DNA of 64,000 nucleotides from an uncultured Acidobacteriota bacterium (GCA_963836075.1 CAWIIB010000001.1:736001-800000); one strand, 5' to 3'. Counted from the stretch's first letter, positions 41,224-55,285 are shown. The notes: generated by a model not told the origin, from the sequence alone. Numbers and translations are program-made.

Positions 41224-42507
41224 TCAGAACATGCCGCTGGTCAAATTCCAGGTGATGTGGTCAGCAGGGATGGCGACCAGCAGGGACCGTTTGAAGGCTC
41301 CATCCTGGTATACATAGCACCGCACCTCGTGCTGGTCGTCAGCCGCCACATAGATCTCCAGTTGCCCGTCCCCGTCGAGGTCGGTGAGATAGGTGGTGTG
41401 CTCGAATCCGGAAGAGTCGGCGTCCACCTGTTCGGCGGTGAAACCGCCGTCTTCACCCTGCCAGAAGACCCAGAGGCCCGACTTCATCGCCGCGGCCACC
41501 AGGTCGGACCGACCGTCACCATTGACGTCGCCGGCGCAAAGAAACCGGCACTGGCGGTCCTGCAGTGACGCCACCACCTCGGAAGTGATCTCCCCGTTGT
41601 CGGCAAAATGGTAGCGCTTGATCTGCACCGGCACCACCACCGCCGCATCCTTGCCCTTCTTCTCGGTTTCGGCCTCCATCACGCTGAACAGCTCGGAGAT
41701 GCCGTCACCGTCCATGTCGGCAGCCAGGATCTCCTTGGCGTGGCTCCCCTCGAACTCGTCCACCACGGTCTGCTGGAACCCGGTTCCGTCCCACTTGTAC
41801 ATGTGCACGTGACCCGGCTGGGAGTGGCCCGACGCCCGGTTCGGCTCCGAGGGGGTGGTGAAGAATTCGTTCAGGCCGTCCCCGTCCACATCGCCGATCT
41901 CCACCTCGTGGACAAAGGTGGAGGGGGTGCGGCTCATCTCCTCGATCTTCCAGCCGCCATCGGAACGCATGGCCACGGCAATCACCCCCTGGTCGTGGGT
42001 GGCGATGACCATCTCGTCCACGCCATCGCCGGTCACGTCACCGATTTCGATATCCCGCAGACGGTCCCACTTGCCGCCGAAAACCGGGTTCCAGAGCATG
42101 GTCTCCTGCCACCCGGCCCCGGCGGTGTAGCGCCAGATCTTCAGCGCCGCCTGGTTGGCGCCGATGGTCAGGATCCCCGGCTGCTCCCCTTCCAGCTGGT
42201 AGGGCAGGGCTTTGTGGAAGACGTTGCTCATCGGGTCTTCCAGCACCACTTCCTCCCAGCCGGCATCCGTCTTGCGGATGATCACCAGCTTGGCCGGACC
42301 CGGTTTCGGGCTGCTCTTGCCGTCCGGCCCCACCTCGTCGACGAACTGCGCCTGGGTCATCAGCAGTGCGGGCCATGGTCCGCCGGTGAGGCTCTCCCGG
42401 ACCACCTGCCGCTCTGCCGGGGTCGCCACCTGAGGTTCTCCGCCACAGCCGATAAAAAGGCCGGCGGTCAAGACCAGCAGACATGCCAGAACAGATACAC
42501 GTTTCAT
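41224..42507 (-). CDS. FG-GAP/VCBS repeat lipoprotein
   Basis: Lipobox FIG-C; GDVTGDGVDE, GDVDGDGLNE, ADMDGDGISE, GDVNGDGRSD, TDLDGDGQLE. Confidence 0.88.
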   Translation of the reverse strand: MKRVSVLACLLVLTAGLFIGCGGEPQVATPAERQVVRESLTGGPWPALLMTQAQFVDEVGPDGKSSPKPGPAKLVIIRKTDAGWEEVVLEDPMSNVFHKALPYQLEGEQPGILTIGANQAALKIWRYTAGAGWQETMLWNPVFGGKWDRLRDIEIGDVTGDGVDEMVIATHDQGVIAVAMRSDGGWKIEEMSRTPSTFVHEVEIGDVDGDGLNEFFTTPSEPNRASGHSQPGHVHMYKWDGTGFQQTVVDEFEGSHAKEILAADMDGDGISELFSVMEAETEKKGKDAAVVVPVQIKRYHFADNGEITSEVVASLQDRQCRFLCAGDVNGDGRSDLVAAAMKSGLWVFWQGEDGGFTAEQVDADSSGFEHTTYLTDLDGDGQLEIYVAADDQHEVRCYVYQDGAFKRSLLVAIPADHITWNLTSGMF

Positions 42508-42663
42508 CGCTTCGCACCTCATCGTTATTTTACGGATTTACCGTCCCTTCGATCATCGAAAACGGCGAACTGCCCTGCCGGTGGCCGGCGGTCCGCCAGC
42601 AAAGGCCAAATATATACCACGCCGGGCGACGATTGTTAACCCATAACCAGACAGCACCAATCC

Positions 42664-42691
42664 TTGACATTCCTTGCCGCCGACCTAGAAT
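42664..42691 (+). promoter_or_regulatory. Near-consensus sigma70 promoter
   Basis: TTGACA-N16-TAGAAT, 25 nt before ATG 42717, with GAGGA RBS. Confidence 0.65.
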
Positions 42692-42716
42692 AAAATCAAC
42701 CGAGAGGACTTGAGCA

Positions 42717-43679
42717 ATGCCCACGGGGAGCCCGCTGGACCAGCCACGCACTCTGACCAACCAGCACAAGCGGCTGGATGTGTTCCGCTGCATCCACGAT
42801 GCCCACCAGCGGTTCGACTCCCGGGTCTCGGTCTACCACGTGCTCAAGGCGCGGCAGTGCTACCCCGAAGGATGTGTCTACTTCCGCTGGCACTGCCAGA
42901 AACTGGAACGCGGCCAGGATTGCCCCAGGTCGTTCAACTACGTCGGCCGGCTGTGCAACGGCTGCACGCACTTCGTCGACGAGAAGATGAGCAACCACCT
43001 CGAACAGCTGCTTGACGAAAAGGAGAAACTACGGTTCCAGCGCCAGTTGGGGGACTATGAATTCTGGTTGGAGGGTCTCCGCGGCCGCGAGGTCACCTTT
43101 TACGGCGAGGCCTTCTCGGTGAAGCCGAAAGTGGTGCGCATCGTCCACCCCTCCGGCGCCACCGAGAACCGCCTGGACGGATTTCTGGCCGGCTTTCTCG
43201 ACGGCTATATCGGCTACACCCATTTCCAGGACCCGGTATACCTCGCGCTCGACCTGCCGCAGCAGCGGCGGCTGCGTCTGTCGGCCGGTGACACCTTCCA
43301 GTGCCAGGCCCGGCTGAACACCGACCGCGGCCGGTTGCTGTTGCGACGGCCGCGAGGCTTCGAGTTCGACACCCGGGCCCACGGGCAGACCATGAACGAG
43401 GGGGAAGCGCGGGTGGCCGTGCGCACCGCCCGCTATCGCCGCCTGCAACCGGAGAAATGCTTCGCCTGCCCCCACGGGGTGCTGGCCGACGTGCGGGACC
43501 GCAGCGGCCCGCGGGAGAAAAACTACCGGCGGATGGCCTGCCTGCGGGGGGTGGAATCACCCCTGGAATGCGTCATCCCGACCCTGGAATCGATCGAAAA
43601 CGAAGTCTGCCTCGAACACCTGGAGGCCGGGCGATCCGGCACCCCGGGACGAAACGGAGGTGGCCAGTGGTCCAGATGA
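42717..43679 (+). CDS. Cys/His-rich hypothetical protein
   Basis: CIHDAH, CYPEGC..F.WHC...CP...CNGCTHF, CFACPHG...C...C; promoter and RBS present; no family recognised. Confidence 0.75.
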   Translation: MPTGSPLDQPRTLTNQHKRLDVFRCIHDAHQRFDSRVSVYHVLKARQCYPEGCVYFRWHCQKLERGQDCPRSFNYVGRLCNGCTHFVDEKMSNHLEQLLDEKEKLRFQRQLGDYEFWLEGLRGREVTFYGEAFSVKPKVVRIVHPSGATENRLDGFLAGFLDGYIGYTHFQDPVYLALDLPQQRRLRLSAGDTFQCQARLNTDRGRLLLRRPRGFEFDTRAHGQTMNEGEARVAVRTARYRRLQPEKCFACPHGVLADVRDRSGPREKNYRRMACLRGVESPLECVIPTLESIENEVCLEHLEAGRSGTPGRNGGGQWSR

Positions 43680-44749
43680 ACTCCGGCCCGGCGACCCAGA
43701 TCATCAGCACCCTGGGGCCGTCCCTGGCCAACCAGCAGACCCTTCGCTCGGTGATCCGCGCCGGATCGCTGATCTTCCGTCAGAACATTTTCTACGAGAG
43801 CACCGAAGAGATCGCTCTGCGGGCCGATGCCCTGCGTGAGGCGGGGCGCGCGGAGGGCTGTCCGGTGGAGTTGATGATGGATTTCAGCGGCGGCCGGCCC
43901 CGCATGGGTGATTTTGAGAAACCGGTGAACCTGCGTCCCGGTGAAACGCTCGCCTTTGCCCGGGTGGACAGCCACTCCCCCGCCGGCAGTGAATCGACCA
44001 TCCCGCTGCGCATCGACCAGGAAACCTGGGAAGCGATCAACGAGGGAGAGCGGGTGATCATCGCCGACGGGCGGATCCTGCTGCGCATTCTCTCCAGGGA
44101 ACCGGGGTTGATCCGCTGCCGCATCGACCGGGCAGCCGCGCCGCTGCGGCCGTTTCGCGGGGTGAACCTCCCGGACACCGCCACGGCCTTTCCCCCGCTG
44201 ACCCCCGAGGAGATCGCCCGTCTGGAAGAGCTGGCCCGGGTGGGGTTCGACTATTTCTCCCTCTCCTTCGCCAGCAAGGCAGAACACCTGCACCAGATCC
44301 GTTCCTTGCTGGAGAGCCTCTGTCCCGAAAAGTCGATCCGCATCCTGGCCAAGATCGAAGACCGGCGGGGGATAGCCAACCTGGACCAGTTGATCGAGGC
44401 TTCCGACGGAATCCTGGTGGGACGCGGCGACCTGGCGGTGCAGACATCCTTTGCCGAACTGCCCGAACTGCAGGAGGAGATCTTGCTTCGCTGCCGGAGG
44501 AAGAAAGCCTGGGTAGCGGTGGCCACCCAGTTCATGGAAACCATGATGCGCAGCCCGATCCCCAACCGCGCCGAAGTGATGGACGTGGCCCTGGCGGTGC
44601 GCCAGGGGGCCTCGGCGATCCTGCTCTCCGGCGAGACCGCCCGGGGCCGCTACCCGGTGGAAACGGTGGCCATGGTGCAGGAGGTTGCCCAGCGGGCCGC
44701 GGAGCGGGAGAGGACCGCCCCCCGGGACCGCGGCCTCCGTCAGGACTGA
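43667..44749 (+). CDS. pyk: Pyruvate kinase-like protein lacking the C-terminal regulatory domain
   Basis: IISTLGPS, IADG, GVNLP, LAKIE, ILVGRGDL, ATQFMETM, PNRAEVMDV, LLSGETA.G.YP; ~360 aa; start GTG 43667 or ATG 43676. Confidence 0.8.
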   Translation: MVQMNSGPATQIISTLGPSLANQQTLRSVIRAGSLIFRQNIFYESTEEIALRADALREAGRAEGCPVELMMDFSGGRPRMGDFEKPVNLRPGETLAFARVDSHSPAGSESTIPLRIDQETWEAINEGERVIIADGRILLRILSREPGLIRCRIDRAAAPLRPFRGVNLPDTATAFPPLTPEEIARLEELARVGFDYFSLSFASKAEHLHQIRSLLESLCPEKSIRILAKIEDRRGIANLDQLIEASDGILVGRGDLAVQTSFAELPELQEEILLRCRRKKAWVAVATQFMETMMRSPIPNRAEVMDVALAVRQGASAILLSGETARGRYPVETVAMVQEVAQRAAERERTAPRDRGLRQD

Positions 44750-45207
44750 ACCTGGTTCGGCGACACCGACCAGGACATCTGCCAACCCGCCTTTTTCGCT
44801 TTCTCCAGGCAGGCCACGGTGCCGGTGGTGAAAATCACCGGCTGCTGGCCCGGTTCCAGCTCCACCAGGCGGTAGAGCAGGTTGCCCAGGAAGGGCAAGT
44901 GGCTCACCAGCAACAGGTCGCACTTGTAGCGCGGGATTTCGCGGGCCGCAGCCTCGCAGGGATCCAGCGGGTCCATTCCGGACATCGACTCGGGGACGCA
45001 GTCCGGGGCGATGGCCCGGCCGAGGATCTCCGCCGTTTCCGCCGCCCGGGGTTTGCCGCTGTGAAAGATCCGCTCCACCGTGGCGCCCTTGTCCTTGAGG
45101 ATTTCCGCGATCTTCGCCACTTCGGCACGGCCCTCGTCACTGAGCGGGCAGCTGGGGTCGGTCTGTTTGTCCACGGCGTGGCCGTGACGGGCCAGTAACA
45201 GTCTCAT
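44740..45207 (-). CDS. sixA: Phosphohistidine phosphatase SixA
   Basis: LLLARHG.A, PLSDEG, SGKPRAAETA, LLVSHLP. Confidence 0.88.
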   Translation of the reverse strand: MRLLLARHGHAVDKQTDPSCPLSDEGRAEVAKIAEILKDKGATVERIFHSGKPRAAETAEILGRAIAPDCVPESMSGMDPLDPCEAAAREIPRYKCDLLLVSHLPFLGNLLYRLVELEPGQQPVIFTTGTVACLEKAKKAGWQMSWSVSPNQVQS

Positions 45208-45359
45208 GGTCGTCATCTCCTTGTAATCAGTCCTGGGGCGCCGGGCGCCGCGTGCAAGCGCCCATTCTACGACCACCCGTCCGGCAAGACAATAGCCGGC
45301 AAAACCGTTATAATTCCGGATTCCTTTTCAGCCCGCAATCTGAGTCGATGGAGAACGAG

Positions 45360-47368
45360 ATGGACAACCCGGACCGCCGCCAACGAAAATCGGGCCTGAG
45401 CCCCCTGGCTTACGAGAGGGTGCCAAAGGGTCAGAAATACGAGCCATACATCCCGGTGAACTCGATCATGGCCGAGTTCACCATCAGCGCCTGTGTCCTT
45501 GGCGGGCTGTTCGGCATCATCTTTGGTGCGGCCAACGCCTACCTCGGCCTCAAGGTGGGCCTGACCATCTCCACCTCGGTGCCCATCGCGGTGATCACCG
45601 TGGCGGTCTACAAGGCGATCGAAAAGCTGATCCGTAAGAAAGCCACCATCCTCGAAGCCAACATCGCCAAGACCGCCGGATCGGCCTCCTCTTCGCTGGC
45701 TTCGGGCATCATTTTCACCATCCCGGCCCTCTATCTCTGGGGCCAGGGAGCCCAGCTGCTCCAGGTCACCGCCCTGGCCCTTTGCGGCGGGACCCTCGGG
45801 GTGCTGTTCATGATCCCGCTGCGCCGCTTCCTCATCGTGGAAGAGCACGGCAACCTGCCCTACCCCGAAGGTACGGCCGGCGCCGAGGTGCTGGTGGCTG
45901 CCGAGGAGGGCGGCTCGGCGGCCAAGCAGGTGTTCTACGGCATGGGCTTCGCCGCACTGTTCAAACTTGGCATGGCGGCGTTCAAACTCTGGAAGGACGA
46001 GATCGAGTTCAAGATCCCGCTGCTGAAGAAGGGTGTGATCGGCGTCGATCTCACCCCCGCCCTGCTGGGCGTGGGCTACATCCTCGGCTACCGGGTGGCG
46101 GCGATCATGGTGGCCGGCGGCCTGCTGGCCTGGCTGGGAATCATCCCGCTGATCGCTTTCCTCGGCGAATCGATCTCAATCCCGGTCTTTCCCGAAACGG
46201 CGAAGACCATCTCCCAGATGGACGCCCACGAGCTGTGGAACGGCTACATCCGGTATGTGGGAGCCGGCGCCGTGGCGTCTGCCGGGATCATCACCCTGAT
46301 CCGTTCCATCCCCACCATGATCCGCAGTTTCCGCATCGCGCTCAAACAGCTGAAAGCCGGAGCGCAGAAGGTTTCCGAAACCTGCCGCGCACCGACCGCG
46401 ACCTCTCGCTGCTCTGGGTGGTTCTGGGCGCGCTGGTGGTGGTGATCATCCTCGGCCTGACCCCCGACGTCTTCGGCGGTCAGCTGCCGCTGGCCGGCAA
46501 GTGGCTGGCCGCGGTGCTGGTGGCGGTGTTCGCCTTCTTCTTCGTCACCGTCAGTTCGCGGATCGTGGGGCTGGTGGGGGTCACCTCCAACCCCACGTCG
46601 GGGATGATCATCGCCACCCTCATCGGCACCTCCTCGATCTTCCTCCTCCTCGGCTGGACCGGCATGGAGGGCAAGATCGCCGCTTTGACCATCGGCACGG
46701 TGGTGGGTATCGCCGCCTCGGTGGCCGGTGACACCTCCCAGGACCTGAAGAGCGGCTTCCTGCTGGGGGCCACCCCCTGGCGTCAACAGGTGGCCGAGAT
46801 CCTGGGCGTGGCGGCCACCGCCGGGGTGATCGCCTGGACGGTGATGGTGCTGGCCCAGACCTACGGCTTCGAATACAGCGCGGCCACCCCCACGCCGCTG
46901 GCTGCCCCCCAGGCCAACATGATGAAACTGGTGATCGACGGTGTGCTGGACCAGTCGATCCCCTGGGGCCTGGTGCTCTTCGGGGTGGTGATCACCATCT
47001 TCTGTGAAGTGGTAAAGATCCCCTCCCTGCCCTTTGCCGTGGGCGTCTACCTGCCCCTCTCGGCCATGAGCCCGGTCTACATCGGCGGGGTGATCCGCAA
47101 GGTGATCGAAAAACGGTGCGGCGGAGACGAGAAAAAGATCCAGGAGCGCCGCGAGCGGGGCATCCTCTTCGGCTCGGGAATGGTGGGCGGAGACGGGATC
47201 ATCGGCGTGGCCATCGCCGCCTATGCGCTGTATACCAAGAAGAAGCCCGGGGGATTCGGTTCGGCCTGGGCCGGCGGCGACATCGGCCAGACCCTGTTGG
47301 CCCTGGTGCCCTATGTCCTGCTGATCATCCTGCTGATCCGGGCCACGCGGTTGAAGAAAGCCGCCTGA
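45360..47368 (+). CDS. OPT family oligopeptide transporter; frameshifted at ~46378
   Basis: ANAYLGLKVGLT.S.S.P, LPYPEG, then SNPTSGM, QDLKSGFLLGATP, APQA.MM, FAVGVYLP; one A missing in gaaa run. Confidence 0.9.
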
Positions 47369-47386
47369 GGGTTCGAGGAATTCCCC

Positions 47387-50854
<3,468 letters not shown>

Positions 50855-50867
50855 TGCGAGGAGAGCC

Positions 50868-51029
50868 ATGGACACCCATTGGGTCTGTGTCAACTGCGGC
50901 TACGTCTACCGTGTGGAAGAGGGGGACCCGTCCCAGGGAATCGAACCGGGTACGCCCTTCGAAGCGCTGCCCGACCAGTGGCGTTGCCCCATCTGCTACG
51001 TGGGCAAGGACGAGTTCGACCCGGAATAG
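50868..51029 (+). CDS. Rubredoxin
   Basis: [14 protein letters not shown]...[20 protein letters not shown]; GAGGAG RBS. Confidence 0.93.
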   Translation: MDTHWVCVNCGYVYRVEEGDPSQGIEPGTPFEALPDQWRCPICYVGKDEFDPE

Positions 51030-51120
51030 CGGGACTCGGGAGCAGCCGGCTACTCGCATTGACAGGAGAGGGGGCTACACTCGGCTCCTCGCGATGACAA
51101 TCAGGGCTCTGCCCTGATTG

Positions 51121-51646
51121 TCACTTGTACTGCTTGTGGCAGCTCTTCTCCGCCGCGGCCAGGGCGGCCACTCCCCGGCGCACGGCCTCCAGGTCCCCGG
51201 CCCGCACCGCCGCGGTAAACTCGGCCGAGATCCGGCGAAAGGCCTCGATAGCTGCGGCCTCGCCCTTCTTCGGGTAGTGGGCCATCAGCTCGGCATCCTC
51301 GCCGAACAGCAGGGCCAGCTCCACATCGGGAACTCGTTCTTCCTTCAGCTGGGCCCGGATCTGCTTGAAGGTGGCGCTGATCCGCTTCTTGATGCTCTTG
51401 TAGGGCGGGATCCCGTCCGCCGGGACCTTTGCATCACCGGCCTCGTCGTACCTTCCACTGCAGCTTCAGCGACAGGCTCGCCGAACCATCCTTCGACTTG
51501 CCGCTGACCTTGAGCTTGATCTTTCCTTCCGGGACGGCACCCTGGTCACCAACTTCCAGCGACCCCTTCTCCAGTTGGTCAGCCAGCTGGCGCATCAGAC
51601 CGGCGGCCTCCGCCGGGGTCAGGGATGTGCTTTTCTTTGATTCCAC
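51121..51646 (-). CDS. Amphi-Trp domain / XXXCH domain fusion (GAK-system-type); frameshifted at ~51451
   Basis: N-half AEAAGLMRQLADQLEKG...SLSLKLQW; removing one G at tggaagGtac gives YDEAG...YKSIKKRISATFKQI...MAHYP...EKSCHKQYK*. Confidence 0.75.
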
Positions 51647-51656
51647 CCAACGTCTC

Positions 51657-52426
51657 CTATGAACAGAACAGTTTCACTGCAAAAATAATAACCGCAGCCA
51701 CCAGGATGCGGTAGACCCAGACCTCTCCCTTTTTCACCTGCCAGCGGACGCCGGCCCAGCCGCCGATCATGGTTCCCGCGGCCAGGGTCAGCCCCCAGAC
51801 CCAGTGCACGCTGCCCAGGGTGGCAAAAATCGACAGGGCGATGACCTGGATCATCATGATGGTCATCACCTTGATGCCGTTGGAGCGGATCAACCCCAGG
51901 CCGCCGAAGCTGCTGAGCGCGGCAATGATCACAAAGCCCACACCGGCCTGAATAAACCCGGAATGAAACCCGACAAAGAAGAAACTGGCATACAGGGCCA
52001 GGGGGCGACGCTCCCCGCCAGTCCGGCAGGCGACGGTCCGGGACCGGGCGACCGGCGACGCCGGATGATGGAGACCAGCACCAGCAGCATCACGGCGCCC
52101 AGCACCCAGCGGAACAGCCGGTCGTCCACGTCCACGGCCACCAGGGCGCCCAGTGCGGCACCGGGCGCCGCGGCAAGCATCAATCGCAACCCCAGGCCGG
52201 CCTCCAGCAGCCCCTGCCTGCGGAAAGTGGACGTGGCCACCACGTTCTGCAGCAGGATGCCCACCCGGTTGGTGGCGTTGGCCGTGGCGGCGGGCAGACC
52301 GAGGAACAGCAGCACCGGCAGGGTGAGCAGCGACCCGCCACCGGCCACCACGTTGATGAACCCGGCCGCGAGGCCGGAAAAGAAAACCAACGCGGTGAGC
52401 GTCATGTCAGAGTTCAACAGGTCCAT
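51657..52426 (-). CDS. TSUP (TauE/SafE) family transporter; frameshifted at ~52005-52050
   Basis: AGFINVVAGGGSLLTLP..ANATNR; second frame FFVGFHSGFIQAGVGF...NGIK...GTMIGGWAG. Confidence 0.85.
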
Positions 52427-52543
52427 CCGGTCATGCTAGATCAACCACCGGGTGGTGACAAGCCGGAACAGCGGTGTCCGCATCCCGAAGGGCGGGTCCG
52501 GATGACGGCCGAGCACCTCAGGCAGGCGGAAGACACCTCGGCA

Positions 52544-54076
52544 TCAGGGATTCTCGCCCGGTTCCCAGGGGGAGATGATTGGTGCCGGGCCGAGGATGGC
52601 GGCGCTGAGATCGGGCAGGGGGCCCACCTGTCGCGGATCCCCCCCCTGAGGGGTGCCGGTCTGCCGCAGACACCGGAGCAGTTCCCCGGGGGACATGGGA
52701 ACTCCGGTCCGGGCCAGGTAGCAGCCCTGGAGCGCGCAGACGGCGCCGGCGGTCATGGCTCCGGCGCCTGACGTGCCGCCGAATCCGTCGGTGTAGGTGG
52801 CGTTGGGCCCACCGTTGTACAGCAGCCCGTACCCCGCGGTGACGATCCCGCTGCCGTGGGCGTGCAGGTCCACGCGGCTGCCATAGTTGGTCCAGCAGGC
52901 CGGCTTCCCGCTGCCGGGAACTCCAGCCCCCACCAGGATCGCCCCGGAATCACGAAGGTGACGGTGGAAGGCGCCCTGATAGCGCGGGTGGTCGAGGTCC
53001 ATGGAACCATTGCCGGCGATCTCCACGCAGAGGACCTGGTTGGCCGTGGTGGTGGAGATGGCGTCGAAGTTCGCCTGCCAGTATTCCAGGGGCAGATACT
53101 CGAACGACTGGCAGGAGCACTGGCAGGTCTCACCGGATTCCGGACCCGGGGCGTGGTATTCGATGAGCATCACGTCACCGGCGCGGAGCAGTGTTTTCAG
53201 CTCGATGATCGCGTCGGCGATCACCGGATACGGCGGCTCGGTTTCAAAGAGCGAGACGTGCAACTGGGCCTCCGGCGCCACCCCCATCACCCCGAACCCG
53301 TTGTGCATGCCGAGAATCTCGCCGAGCACGGCCGTGCCGTGGTCCAGCACCGTTTGTTTTCCGGCCCAGGTCTCCGGTTGGGGCAGGTCCTCGTGGTCCG
53401 GGTTGAGCCCCCGCTCCACCAGGCCGATCCGCACCCCCTCGCCCCGGCCACCGGGCCATTCCCAGGCAAAACAGGCATCCAGCCCCAGGGGAGCCGGTTC
53501 GAGATACTGCTGCAGGCCGGAAAAATCGGGGGTCCCGCTGCCGTTGCCCTCCCCGGCCGGGTCCTCAGGAACGGACAGGTGTATCGCCCCACGCTCGGCC
53601 AGCGGCTCGAAATAGGCCAGTTCCACCACCTCGAGACTGTTCAGGTCGTCCAGCAGCAGCGAGGGGTTGGCGCCGGGCACAGGTGTGAGGAGGAAGTAGA
53701 GGTTCAGGTCGGCCAGTTCCCGTCCGGAAAGCAGCTGTCCGGAGAGCCGGTCCTGGTCCAGCGCCCACTCGGACCGCGAAAAGAGGCTTCGGACCGCAGG
53801 GTGGCCATGATTCCCCAGCACCTGCTGCAGCCCCTGGAGCGGCGTCCCGTTGAGGCTCACCAGCTCGCCGTTCCGCAGGCGCACCCTGCTCCCCTCGGCG
53901 CACTTGAGAACCACCAGTTCCTGGTGCCGGCCCTCCCGCCACGGGCTGTGCAACGGTTTGGGCCTCACCAGGCGGGGAACCAGATCCTCCCCTGCCCCGG
54001 CAACGGCCGGAGCCACCGCGCAGACCACGGCCGTGAGCAGCGAGAGTATGAATGTTCCTCTACAGCAGGTGCGCAT
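52544..54076 (-). CDS. Secreted S8 family serine peptidase
   Basis: Signal peptide and prodomain; IGLVERG, DHGTAVLG, AGNG, NYGSRVD, FGGTSGA. Confidence 0.88.
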   Translation of the reverse strand: MRTCCRGTFILSLLTAVVCAVAPAVAGAGEDLVPRLVRPKPLHSPWREGRHQELVVLKCAEGSRVRLRNGELVSLNGTPLQGLQQVLGNHGHPAVRSLFSRSEWALDQDRLSGQLLSGRELADLNLYFLLTPVPGANPSLLLDDLNSLEVVELAYFEPLAERGAIHLSVPEDPAGEGNGSGTPDFSGLQQYLEPAPLGLDACFAWEWPGGRGEGVRIGLVERGLNPDHEDLPQPETWAGKQTVLDHGTAVLGEILGMHNGFGVMGVAPEAQLHVSLFETEPPYPVIADAIIELKTLLRAGDVMLIEYHAPGPESGETCQCSCQSFEYLPLEYWQANFDAISTTTANQVLCVEIAGNGSMDLDHPRYQGAFHRHLRDSGAILVGAGVPGSGKPACWTNYGSRVDLHAHGSGIVTAGYGLLYNGGPNATYTDGFGGTSGAGAMTAGAVCALQGCYLARTGVPMSPGELLRCLRQTGTPQGGDPRQVGPLPDLSAAILGPAPIISPWEPGENP

Positions 54077-54238
54077 CTCCAACCCCGCAAAGAAGGCCGA
54101 AAAAGCGTCGAGCCCCAAGAAACAACAACCAGGTTACATTCGGTCAGTGAGACTGTGCGGGATTGTCGCGGAAGATGACGGGCACCACCGGGACAACCGC
54201 TTCCTTAAAAATAAATATAGGTTTCCCAGGAGGTGCCG

Positions 54239-55285
54239 TCAATGGGAAAATAGCGGGGAAAGCTCTTCGGCCAGTTGCCGCGAGAAGACACGGGCGCCGG
54301 TCTCGGTGGGGTGGCACCACCAGTCGGCAAACTGCTCGTCCGCTCCGGCCCTCAGCCAGGGGCCGACCCAGCGGAGATCGTCCCGTGCGGAAATGGTCTT
54401 CTCCCAGAAAGTGCGGACCTGCCGGTTATACCCCCGTGACAAATTGTGGTTGAACAGGCTCAGCGGCTGGGGGGTGGCAAAGAGATAGAGCGGAATCCCC
54501 CTGGATGAGCAGAGTTCGGCCAGGCGGTCCAGCTGTACCGCCCGTTCCGGCAGGACGCCAAAGCTGGCGTTCCAGTAGGCGCTCTCCCGCCGCACGCGGC
54601 GGCCCAGGCTGCCCTGCACGAAGGGCACGTATCCCGACTCCTCCTCCAGGCGGGCCCATAAATCGCCCGGGGTGCGGAGGATCAGTCCCTCCTTGTCCCC
54701 GGTGGCCGGGTAGCGGAAACTGCCGCTCTGCAGCCCCTGACGCAGGTAGGCCAGGCGCGCCCGCGACGGCACGCGACCCTCGATCCAGTCCAGCCACGGA
54801 TCGAGACCGGCGCTCCTGCCCAGCGCGGCCACATCGGAAAAACGATAGAGCGAACGCACCTCGAACCCTCCGGCCAGCGGTTTCCGCGGCCCGAGGAAAA
54901 GCGGGACCACCGAGGCCAGGACCGCTTTGGGCGGCGGGTGGTGCCGCAGATACTCGTCGAGAATGATCACCAGGGTCTCCACCGGGCAACCGTTGATCGC
55001 CAGGTTGACGCAGTGCAGGTCACCGCCCCAGACATCCTCCATCTCCCGGGGCGCCAGCCCGTGCACCACCCGGCTGGCCCCCAGCAACAGCACGTCGGCG
55101 TCAGGCGCCACGCGGCCCAGCTGTTCCATCTTCCAGCGCAGGACGCACTCCTCATAGCCCAGCAGCTTTTCGTTGCTCAGCCAGAAAGCGGCCTCGCCGC
55201 CCAGCACCAGGACCAGGGCCAGGGCCAGGGCTATCCAGCGGCCCTGGGCCGGATCAGAACTGGAAGTAGATGAACGGTTGGGCAT
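54239..55285 (-). CDS. Membrane-anchored SGNH/DltD-like acyl-transfer partner
   Basis: N-terminal TM; LLLGASR, NLAING, C-terminal DWWCHP; directly downstream of an MBOAT gene. Confidence 0.65.
   Translation of the reverse strand: MPNRSSTSSSDPAQGRWIALALALVLVLGGEAAFWLSNEKLLGYEECVLRWKMEQLGRVAPDADVLLLGASRVVHGLAPREMEDVWGGDLHCVNLAINGCPVETLVIILDEYLRHHPPPKAVLASVVPLFLGPRKPLAGGFEVRSLYRFSDVAALGRSAGLDPWLDWIEGRVPSRARLAYLRQGLQSGSFRYPATGDKEGLILRTPGDLWARLEEESGYVPFVQGSLGRRVRRESAYWNASFGVLPERAVQLDRLAELCSSRGIPLYLFATPQPLSLFNHNLSRGYNRQVRTFWEKTISARDDLRWVGPWLRAGADEQFADWWCHPTETGARVFSRQLAEELSPLFSH

Noticed and set aside
45210-47386. SAM or cobalamin riboswitch ahead of OPT/metH
   Set aside because: No recognisable consensus; metH starts 18 nt after the OPT stop.
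51059-51081. TTGACA...TACACT promoter after rubredoxin
   Set aside because: Spacer is only 11 nt and it points into a convergent gene end.
52430-52580. Relic of a GPGPG FG-GAP module after the S8 peptidase (IISPWEPGENP)
   Set aside because: Similarity too short, and no continuation in any frame before the TSUP gene.
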